Below are positions 44,805 to 51,095 of a DNA stretch of 53,115 bases, piece by piece. The notes under the pieces are model-generated. The model made no database searches. It was not told the DNA's origin and saw nothing but the letters and a program-made list of their open reading frames with translations. Positions within the stretch are counted from its first letter, which is position 1. Each line of letters opens with the position of its first letter. A program made the position numbers and the translations under genes. The DNA comes from an uncultured PS1 clade bacterium (GTDB taxonomy: Bacteria; Pseudomonadota; Alphaproteobacteria; MED-G09): assembly GCA_902533755.1 (NCBI GenBank), contig CACANC010000005.1, positions 1 through 53,115 of the forward strand. Reading direction: 5' to 3'.

Positions 44805-44880
44805 GGGCCCGTAGCTCAGTAGGTAGAGCACCTCCCTTTTAAGGAGATTGTCACAGGTTCGATCCCTGTCGGGCTCACCA
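44805..44880 (+). tRNA. tRNA-Lys (anticodon UUU), CCA encoded
   Basis: Manual cloverleaf. Acceptor GGGCCCG/CGGGCTC, D arm GCTC-AGTAGGTA-GAGC, anticodon arm CCTCC-CTTTTAA-GGAGA (one C-A mismatch at 27:43), variable loop TTGTC, T arm ACAGG-TTCGATC-CCTGT, discriminator A, then CCA. Confidence 0.93.
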
Positions 44881-44881
44881 T

Positions 44882-44911
44882 CCTTAAACCAAGGTCAGCC
44901 TTAGTTTTAAG
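44882..44911 (+). terminator. Hairpin immediately 3' of tRNA-Lys (possible tRNA terminator or processing element), conserved in all long module copies
   Basis: CCTTAAACCAAGG-TCAG-CCTTAGTTTTAAG followed by a T-rich stretch. In copy C (48872-48901) a C-to-T change converts the C-A mismatch into a T-A pair. Confidence 0.45.
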
Positions 44912-44948
44912 AAATTTTCCACTCAAATTATATTTCCTGAATTTATAA

Positions 44949-44970
44949 GTTTTCGCAAAGTTTTCGCAAA
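44949..44970 (+). promoter_or_regulatory. Tandem 11-bp direct repeat GTTTTCGCAAA x2 (candidate protein-binding site)
   Basis: Exact tandem duplication with 11-bp periodicity. The same position in other module copies carries variant pairs. Confidence 0.5.
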
Positions 44971-45021
44971 AAAATTTGTGCTAGGTGAAAAAAGAGATAA
45001 GATTTACTCTGGAGCTAACAA

Positions 45022-45630
45022 ATGACAAAGATAGTATATGTTTTAACAAACCCCGCAATGCCTGGCTATGTAAAGATTGGAAAAACAGATAACCTAGTGG
45101 AAAGATTAAAGAGTCTTGATAGAACATCCACTCCTTTGCCTTTTCAGTGTGAATATGCAGCCGAGGTTAATGATGCAGACAAAGTTGAGAAGATTCTTCA
45201 TGATATTTTTGCTGATAAACGCGTAAGAACGAATAGAGAGTTTTTTGAAGTAGACCCTCACCAGATAATTCGTGCCTTCGATCTGCAGGATCATAAAGAT
45301 GTTACGCCAAAAGATGATATCTTTGAAACTGAAGAAGATAAAAAAGCAGTTTTTAAAAAGACTGAATTAAGATCGAGGTTCAATTTTGAAATGGTTAAAA
45401 TTAAACCCGGAATAGAATTATATTTTGCAAAAGATGAAAATATTAAATGTATAGTTAAAGATAAATTTCAGATAGAATTTGAGGGTGAAATACAATCTTT
45501 ATCTCAATCAGCTAAGATAATAATGGATAGACTTGGTTATAATTGGAAACAAATACAGGGTCCCGGCTATTGGATGTATGATAATGAAACTCTTCACGAA
45601 AGAAGAATAAGAATGGAAACCAATGAATAA
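45022..45630 (+). CDS. T5orf172 / GIY-YIG-superfamily (MUG113-like) domain protein with a small C-terminal domain of unknown function (DUF4357-like pattern)
   Basis: N-terminus IVYVLTNPAMPGYVKIGKTDNLVERLKSL...EKILHDIFADKRVRTNREFFEV fits the T5orf172 pattern. C-terminal part: IEFEGEIQSLSQSAKIIMDRLGYNWKQIQGPGYWMY. Confidence 0.75.
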   Translation: MTKIVYVLTNPAMPGYVKIGKTDNLVERLKSLDRTSTPLPFQCEYAAEVNDADKVEKILHDIFADKRVRTNREFFEVDPHQIIRAFDLQDHKDVTPKDDIFETEEDKKAVFKKTELRSRFNFEMVKIKPGIELYFAKDENIKCIVKDKFQIEFEGEIQSLSQSAKIIMDRLGYNWKQIQGPGYWMYDNETLHERRIRMETNE

Positions 45631-45632
45631 AT

Positions 45633-46967
45633 ATGTTTGAGGACTGGCTTAAAAAAGAAAAGAACTTAACAAACACATCTATATCTAAATATTTAAGTGC
45701 TATAGAAAAAATTAATTCTGATTTATTGAGTAAAGAAATTATAAAATCCTCTATTGAAGATTTAAATGAATATGAATTAAGAAAAATAAAGAATAATTAT
45801 TTTAATATCCCTGAAATAGAAGAATTAGATAGCAAAGGTCATAGAATGTATTCTGTGGCATTCAATCATTATATTTCTTACAAAGTCTCTTATAAAACTA
45901 AAATTAAAAATGAAAGCCTAGGTTATGTTTTAAAAGAAATTATTACTAAATATCCCGACGCAATTAAAGAACCAATTCACAATCATAGTTTAGCTGCATT
46001 TATCAGAACAACTGCAGTAGAAATTATCAAAAGTAATCTACCTGAAAAATTTAAATCATTTAAAGTAAAGGGATCAGCTGGAGAAGGGCGATGGATTGGT
46101 ACAGGGAAATCAGAAAGAAATCCATGGATTGCTGTATTAAATAAGAATATCACTAGTGGTGCATCTAAAGGGTACTACACAACTTATTCGTTCATTCATA
46201 AAAGTGATTTTATAATATTAAGTGTTGCTCAATCTGATCAAGAGATGGAATCTAAATATTCTAATAATAAAATTCCTAAGGTTTTGAATAATTATGCAGA
46301 TCTTATGAGGTTACAGCTAAATTCAAAAAAATATTCAAAATTCGACTCAGGTATCCCAGAGGTACTGGATAAAAATGGAGATAAGTTATTTTTAAATCGT
46401 ATTGGTGCGGTTTATCATAAAAAGTATAATATAAATGAACTTCCAAGCGATAAAGAGTTAAAGGAAGACCTTTCTTTAATGTTAGAAGCTTATTGGGATA
46501 TTTATAAAAATGGTGGACGACCAGGTTTAGAAAATGAAATAATTCAAAATAACGAATTCGATCCTAACAATATTGATTCTGAAAAAGAAAAAGTTCTTAG
46601 AAGTGTCACCTATAGAAGAGGTCAAAAAAAATTTCGTGATAACCTTCTTAGAGCATATGATTCAGAATGTGTGATGTCTGGATGTAGGGAAGAAGAGGTA
46701 TTACAAGCAGCGCATATTCTTCCATATACTGATGCTGAAACAAATAAGATAGATAACGGGTTACTTTTAAGAGCTGATCTTCATAACTTATTTGATTTAG
46801 ATTTAATATCAATTAATCCTAAAGATTTTACTATTTTAGTTTCAAGAGAGATTAAGGATTCAGATTATATAAAATTACATGGAAAAGAAATAAAGATGCC
46901 CAAGAGTAAAATTAAAAGTCCTAGTAAAAAAGCTTTAAAAATACATTTTAAGAATTTTAAGGGGTAA
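45633..46967 (+). CDS. three-part protein with an N-terminal helical domain, a DUF3578 (McrB N-terminal-like DNA-binding) domain and a C-terminal HNH nuclease; putative Type IV (modification-dependent) restriction-like enzyme
   Basis: FKVKGSAGEGRWIGTGKSERNPWIAVLNKN...GYYTTYSF resembles the DUF3578 core. C-terminus: YRRGQKKFRDNLLRAYDSECVMSGCREEEVLQAAHILPY...NGLLLRADLHNLFDLDLISI, an HNH_2-type motif. It starts 2 nt after the upstream stop. Confidence 0.75.
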   Translation: MFEDWLKKEKNLTNTSISKYLSAIEKINSDLLSKEIIKSSIEDLNEYELRKIKNNYFNIPEIEELDSKGHRMYSVAFNHYISYKVSYKTKIKNESLGYVLKEIITKYPDAIKEPIHNHSLAAFIRTTAVEIIKSNLPEKFKSFKVKGSAGEGRWIGTGKSERNPWIAVLNKNITSGASKGYYTTYSFIHKSDFIILSVAQSDQEMESKYSNNKIPKVLNNYADLMRLQLNSKKYSKFDSGIPEVLDKNGDKLFLNRIGAVYHKKYNINELPSDKELKEDLSLMLEAYWDIYKNGGRPGLENEIIQNNEFDPNNIDSEKEKVLRSVTYRRGQKKFRDNLLRAYDSECVMSGCREEEVLQAAHILPYTDAETNKIDNGLLLRADLHNLFDLDLISINPKDFTILVSREIKDSDYIKLHGKEIKMPKSKIKSPSKKALKIHFKNFKG

Positions 46968-46968
46968 G

Positions 46969-47050
46969 TTCCTTATTAGGAAGAGTGTCACATTCTAACT
47001 TAATTTATCAAAAAATATGATGAATAGTTTTCGCAAAGTTTTCGCAAAAA
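46969..47050 (+). repeat. Degenerate, internally deleted boundary module (E1): tRNA core-like TTAGGAAGAGTGTCAC plus GTTTTCGCAAA x2
   Basis: 46976-46991 resembles the tRNA segment TTAAGGAGATTGTCAC. 47027-47048 is identical to the tandem motif of copy A. About 75% identical by eye to 50262-50331. Confidence 0.7.
47027..47048 (+). promoter_or_regulatory. Tandem 11-bp direct repeat GTTTTCGCAAA x2
   Basis: Exact tandem, identical to 44949-44970. Confidence 0.5.
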
Positions 47051-47177
47051 TAGTTTTACTACATCTTTTTTACTCTTTTCTACTCTTTCGTTTTTTTAAT
47101 ACTAAACATAGGGTTTACTTAGGTTTCAAGGTAAATAACTGTATTTATTAAACATATAAAATATACTACACCAATGG

Positions 47178-47417
47178 CTTTTAAGGAGATTGTCACAGGT
47201 TCGATCCCTGTCGGGCTCACCATCCTTAAACCAAGGTCAGCCTTAGTTTTAAGAGATTTTCCACTCAAATTATATTTATCTAATTTCTTGGTTTCCGCAA
47301 AGTTTCCGCAAAAAAATTTGTGCTAGGTGAAAAAAGTATTACTCTTTGGTTAGCAAGGAGGAACTTATGAAGAAAGTTTTATTAGGTTTAGTTATCGCCG
47401 TAATGATGACTGGTAGT
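47178..47417 (+). repeat. Boundary module copy B: orphan tRNA-Lys 3' half plus leader, RBS and the first 17 codons of a lipoprotein signal peptide
   Basis: 47178-47222 is identical to tRNA positions 32-76. Similarity to copy C continues through AAGGAGGAACTTATGAAGAAAGTTTTATTAGGTTT...ATGATGACTGG. Confidence 0.9.
47291..47312 (+). promoter_or_regulatory. Tandem 11-bp direct repeat GTTTCCGCAAA x2 (variant)
   Basis: Both units carry the same T-to-C change relative to copy A. Confidence 0.5.
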
Positions 47418-47438
47418 GGGAATAGTTTAAGGAACTAA
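47367..47438 (+). pseudogene. Orphan 5' fragment (signal peptide only) of the NTF2-like lipoprotein gene
   Basis: MKKVLLGLVIAVMMTGSGNSLRN*. The first 17 residues are near-identical to the N-terminus of the 49014 gene, after which the sequence diverges and stops. Confidence 0.7.
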
Positions 47439-47446
47439 TAAGTTAA

Positions 47447-48193
47447 ATGAGCGGAACAATAACTCTTTTAATTATTCTTCTTGCTACTCTAAGTACAGCA
47501 TTTTTGTCGTCAATTTTTGGAATGTTAGGCGGCCTCATTTTAATAGGTGTATTGATTACTATAATGCCTGTAAGTCAGGCAATGGTCTTACATGGATTAA
47601 TTCAATTAACATCAAATGGTTATCGAGCATGGCTTAATAAAACAGATATTAAATGGAATATTGTTTCTACATTAATTATCGGTAATATTATCTCACTAGT
47701 TTGTTTATTCTCATTAGCTTTTGTACCTGATAAAATAACTGTACTTTTAGTATTAGGTTTATTGCCATACATAGCTTGGGCGATTCCTAAAAATAACTCC
47801 TTAGATGTAAGCAAAAAACCAATTGGTATTTTAGCTGGCATGGTGGTGGTGGGTAGTAATCTTCTATCTGGTACAGGAGGCCCTTTATTAGATATTTTTT
47901 TCCAGCGAGTAAATATGAATCGCCATCAGGTTGTTGCAACCAAAGCTGTAGCTCAAAGTTTAGGCCATATATCTAAGATAATATTTTTTGGTTTTCTTAC
48001 AACATCTAAATTTAATACTTGGCCAAGTTTTTGGCTAATTTTTTTTGCTGTGATAGCTTCTGTTATCGGAACTACTTTAGGAAAAATAATATTAGATAAA
48101 ATTGACGATAGAACCTTCTTTGTATGGACACAAAGCATCTTACTAACTATTGGTGCTGTGTTTATAGCCTATGCACTCTATCTAATGAAATGA
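47447..48193 (+). CDS. TauE/SafE (TSUP, DUF81) family anion exporter
   Basis: 248 aa, about 7-8 TM segments, with glycine-rich motifs FGMLGGLILIGVL and GSNLLSGTGGPLL typical of the family. Confidence 0.75.
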   Translation: MSGTITLLIILLATLSTAFLSSIFGMLGGLILIGVLITIMPVSQAMVLHGLIQLTSNGYRAWLNKTDIKWNIVSTLIIGNIISLVCLFSLAFVPDKITVLLVLGLLPYIAWAIPKNNSLDVSKKPIGILAGMVVVGSNLLSGTGGPLLDIFFQRVNMNRHQVVATKAVAQSLGHISKIIFFGFLTTSKFNTWPSFWLIFFAVIASVIGTTLGKIILDKIDDRTFFVWTQSILLTIGAVFIAYALYLMK

Positions 48194-48261
48194 GCTATAT
48201 AAGGAAGGTTTAATACTTACAGAGATTGGAGCAAAGAAACTGATGCAACTGTTTTTTTATA

Positions 48262-48798
48262 TCAATTTTCAAAATTACCCTCTAAAGGCCAGGGATCGCA
48301 TTTATATTCTTTTTCACCAAAAAAATCAGTCAAAGTATCTTTATTTCTATCGTAAAACCAAACTGCAATAATATTTTCTATTTTTAAATCTGGAGTAGGA
48401 GTTAAAGGTTGATTGCAATAGGTTATCACATCATGAATATGATCCTCTAGATGAGTATTAGAAAGGCAATTTGGATCTGCATGTTCTTTGATATATTGAA
48501 GCTTTCCTGAAACTCTCTCTTGAACCCTGAAATGAAGATATGTATCCCCATTATATTTTTCTAATAACAAAACTACATAACGGCTTTCATGATTTTGTGC
48601 GCATCTGAGCATATGACTTAGAGAGAAATTATTTAAATCTTGTTTTGCGTAAGCTCTATTGTTTAAAAAGAAATAAGCAATAAGGGATAGGAAAAGTAAA
48701 ATTATAAGTGAAATTAAGCCACCCTTTATAATTTGCCTCCAAAACATTCCTACAAGAATTAATGTTACTATTATTATTAAAACTGTCATTATATTCAT
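48262..48798 (-). CDS. hypothetical membrane-anchored protein (2 N-terminal TM segments plus a Cys-containing soluble domain)
   Basis: Long ORF with a hydrophobic N-terminus and 4 Cys in the C-terminal domain. I recognise no family. Confidence 0.55.
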   Translation of the reverse strand: MNIMTVLIIIVTLILVGMFWRQIIKGGLISLIILLFLSLIAYFFLNNRAYAKQDLNNFSLSHMLRCAQNHESRYVVLLLEKYNGDTYLHFRVQERVSGKLQYIKEHADPNCLSNTHLEDHIHDVITYCNQPLTPTPDLKIENIIAVWFYDRNKDTLTDFFGEKEYKCDPWPLEGNFEN

Positions 48799-48825
48799 AT
48801 ATCAATAAATAAACCCAATATCTAT

Positions 48826-49064
48826 CTTTTAAGGAAATTGTCACAGGTTCGATCCCTGTCGGGCTCACCATCCTTAAACTAAGGCCAGCCTTAGTTTCAA
48901 GAGATTTTCCACTCAAAATATATTTATCTAATTCTTTGGTTTGCACAAGGTTTGCACAAAAAATTTGTGCTAGGTAAAAAAAGAGTTACTCTTTGGTTAA
49001 CAAGGAGGAACTTATGAAGAAAGTTTTATTAGGTTTGGTTATCGCCTCAATGATGACTGGAAGT
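48826..49064 (+). repeat. Boundary module copy C: orphan tRNA-Lys 3' half plus leader, here joined to a full-length lipoprotein gene (probably the ancestral tRNA flank)
   Basis: 48826-48870 matches tRNA positions 32-76 with 1 mismatch (GGAGA to GGAAA). The hairpin, tandem motif, TTTGTGCTAGGT box and RBS are all present. Confidence 0.9.
48939..48960 (+). promoter_or_regulatory. Tandem 11-bp direct repeat GTTTGCACAAG / GTTTGCACAAA (variant)
   Basis: Both units share the GCAC core change relative to copies A and B. Confidence 0.5.
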
Positions 49065-49457
49065 ATTTATGCATGCAAAACGCCTGAAGAGTTAATGGAT
49101 AATTATTTTAATGACTTTAGTTCTGGCGATATAAAAAAAGTTGAGAGAAATTATTCATTTCCATTAATCGTTATTCAAAACGGTAATAAAACCATTCACG
49201 ATGAAATTTCAACTTTTTTAAATTTTAAAGAAATTAAAAAAACTGGATGGAAAGAGTCAGTTATTAATTCAGTAATGATTATTTTAAAAAAAGATAAATC
49301 AGCTGTTACACAAGTGAATTTTTCAAGAGTTAATAACAAGGGTGATATATATTTAACAACAGATGCAAATTATATTCTTATAAAAGAAGATGAAGATTGG
49401 TACATCTCAGGAGTAATTATTGATAGCGATGTTCCACTTGGTATAGAAAATTATTAA
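49014..49457 (+). CDS. exported or lipoprotein-type NTF2-like (SnoaL/DUF4440-like) protein
   Basis: MKKVLLGLVIASMMTGSIYAC signal or lipobox-like sequence. AAGGAGGA lies 6 nt upstream of the ATG. Paralog of the 51208 gene (shared ending DEDWYISGVI versus DEEWLISGVF). Confidence 0.7.
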   Translation: MKKVLLGLVIASMMTGSIYACKTPEELMDNYFNDFSSGDIKKVERNYSFPLIVIQNGNKTIHDEISTFLNFKEIKKTGWKESVINSVMIILKKDKSAVTQVNFSRVNNKGDIYLTTDANYILIKEDEDWYISGVIIDSDVPLGIENY

Positions 49458-49530
49458 GGGAAATCGGATATTTAGAATATAGTCTGTTATATTTTAATGC
49501 TTGGTCTACATTGTGTGATTAGGAGGATTT

Positions 49531-50223
49531 TTAAGGTTTAAGTATTTTATTTAAATCTCTTACTTCTTTATCAACCATACAGATGGCATCAATTATTGTA
49601 GCGTTAGGGGAATCCTCTATCCTATACATCCATATATTATCACTTTTTTCAGTTAACTCTATTTCTTCACCATCACCCATTAAACCCGAGTAACCGAAGA
49701 TACGAACAGACCTCATTCTAAACTTATTACAATCTATTTGATTTAAAAATTTTACAGATTTGAAATCCTTCTCTTGTGTAGAGGTATCATGCATTGTGAT
49801 AATGTATCTAATATTATTATGTCGAGCGTAACTATTAAGATCAATATATACTTTGACACCATCTTTACTCTCACCTAATAATTCCCAAATTTCTGGATAG
49901 GTTTCCGCCTTAATCTTTAAATTATATTGTTCACTTACACTCGCAATACCACCAATATTTGTTGCATTGGTATAACCAAGTTCATCTAAGATTACTTTTG
50001 CTCTACCTGATCTATTACCGCTTCTGCAATACAATAAAATTTCTTCATCTTTTGAAATTTCATAATTTTCGATATCAGTTTTAATCTCTGATAAGGGAAT
50101 ATGAATAGCACCTTCTATATGCCCAGCATTCCATTCTTCATCAGTTCTAACATCTATCATTACGGAATAAGCATTCCCACTAAACCCAAATATCAAAACT
50201 AACGCTATAAGTATTTTATTCAT
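49531..50223 (-). CDS. periplasmic rhodanese-domain protein fused to a C-terminal domain of unknown function (adhesin-E-like pattern, tentative)
   Basis: Signal peptide MNKILIALVLIFGFSGNAYS. Rhodanese segment IDVRTDEEWNAGHIEGAIHIP...LLYCRSGNRSGRA with the active-site Cys loop. An about 120-aa C-terminal extension contains 2 Cys. Confidence 0.75.
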   Translation of the reverse strand: MNKILIALVLIFGFSGNAYSVMIDVRTDEEWNAGHIEGAIHIPLSEIKTDIENYEISKDEEILLYCRSGNRSGRAKVILDELGYTNATNIGGIASVSEQYNLKIKAETYPEIWELLGESKDGVKVYIDLNSYARHNNIRYIITMHDTSTQEKDFKSVKFLNQIDCNKFRMRSVRIFGYSGLMGDGEEIELTEKSDNIWMYRIEDSPNATIIDAICMVDKEVRDLNKILKP

Positions 50224-50261
50224 TAGAAAAATATAGCATAAAAAAATAAACCTGCGGCCAT

Positions 50262-50331
50262 TTCCTTATTAAGGAGAGTGTCAAACCTTAAATTAATTTA
50301 TAGATAAACATGATGACTATTTTTAACAAAG
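50262..50331 (+). repeat. Degenerate, internally deleted boundary module (E2): core-like TTAAGGAGAGTGTCA
   Basis: 50269-50283 matches the tRNA segment TTAAGGAGATTGTCA at 14/15 positions. The overall stretch is about 75% identical by eye to 46969-47038. Confidence 0.65.
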
Positions 50332-50443
50332 AGAATTTAGTTGTTACTATTGAATTTTTTAAAGAAAACACCAAATATAGTATATCATTCAAGTAGTAAG
50401 ATAATTCTTACAAAATGCCCTAATTTTCGTAATAGGAGTATTT

Positions 50444-51052
50444 ATGAAAAGAATTTGTTTAATATTTGGTCACCACAATACAAAAGACTCTTTTAATGCT
50501 GCTATAAGAGATGCTTTCATTGATGAGGCTGAAAAAATTGGTCATAAAATTGATCTAATAAATTTGTTCGATGAAGAAGAACAATTACCTTTTTACAGAA
50601 CAGATATTAATCCTCCTCCGCAAAAAGTACTAGATTATAGAGAAAGACTTGAAAAATCTGATGTTATGTTTTTGATGAGTGCATGTCATAATTTAAGAAT
50701 GAGTGGAATTACAGAAAATTGGATTGATTGGGTTTTACATCCAAAATGGTTCTTTTCATATAGATCGCTTTTACCCGATAGTAAATTTTTTGGGAACTAC
50801 GGTTATCCAGTTCCAGGCGCTATGAAAAATAAAATTGGAGTAGTTTCTATGACTTATGGAGGCCCAATGATAAGTTATTTTAACTTTTCCTTGTTTGATA
50901 ACATTCCATACAGAAGATTAAAAAAATCTGTTTTTTCTTTGGGCGGTTTAAAAATTAAATATTTAAGATTTTACTCTGTTCTTCCAATCATGACTAAAAA
51001 AATGTTTGATAAAAATATAAAAAAAGTAAGAAAATTTGCTCAAAGTTTATGA
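50444..51052 (+). CDS. flavodoxin-like fold NAD(P)H-dependent oxidoreductase (Flavodoxin_2 / quinone reductase-like)
   Basis: MKRICLIFGHHNTKDSFNAAIRDAFIDEAEKIGHKIDLINLF...ERLEKSDVMFL resembles the N-terminus of MdaB/KefG/NQO-type proteins. Confidence 0.7.
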   Translation: MKRICLIFGHHNTKDSFNAAIRDAFIDEAEKIGHKIDLINLFDEEEQLPFYRTDINPPPQKVLDYRERLEKSDVMFLMSACHNLRMSGITENWIDWVLHPKWFFSYRSLLPDSKFFGNYGYPVPGAMKNKIGVVSMTYGGPMISYFNFSLFDNIPYRRLKKSVFSLGGLKIKYLRFYSVLPIMTKKMFDKNIKKVRKFAQSL

Positions 51053-51055
51053 TAA

Positions 51056-51095
51056 GAGTAACTTATGAAGAAAGTTTTATTAGGTTTAGTCATTG
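51056..51095 (+). repeat. Leader-only fragment (D) of the boundary module: RBS-proximal sequence plus the first signal-peptide codons
   Basis: AACTTATGAAGAAAGTTTTATTAGGTTTAGT is identical to the copy B segment 47362-47392. Confidence 0.75.

Larger units (their letters stand above)
44836..45021 (+). repeat. Boundary module copy A: tRNA-Lys 3' half (from anticodon-loop position 32) plus a conserved downstream leader, ending at the start codon of the first cargo gene
   Basis: Manual alignment to 47178.. and 48826... The tRNA-derived 45 nt are identical to copy B. The downstream about 55 nt differ at 1 position. The shared box AAAATTTGTGCTAGGTGAAAAAAG lies at 44971-44994. Confidence 0.9.

Noticed and set aside
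47017-47151. Small ORFs starting at the conserved ATGATGA inside the degenerate modules: 47017-47151 (44 aa) and 50310-50396 (28 aa).
   Set aside because: The two peptides share only the first few residues and diverge immediately. Conservation is at the DNA level, and the ATGATGA may correspond to the ATGATGACTGG end of the long module. They are more likely non-coding repeat sequence.
48656-48946. 96-aa minus-strand ORF overlapping module copy C.
   Set aside because: Its translation (...SPTGIEPVTISLK...) is the familiar artefact of reading the antisense strand of a tRNA T-arm/acceptor fragment. It also overlaps the N-terminus of the 48262-48798 gene and the conserved non-coding leader.
51001-51055. 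Weak resemblance of AAAATTTGCTCAAAG (end of the flavodoxin-like gene) to the leader box AAAATTTGTGCTAGG, which would extend repeat D upstream.
   Set aside because: The stretch lies within coding sequence (..KKVRKFAQSL*), the match is short and gapped, and it is easily produced by chance in AT-rich DNA.
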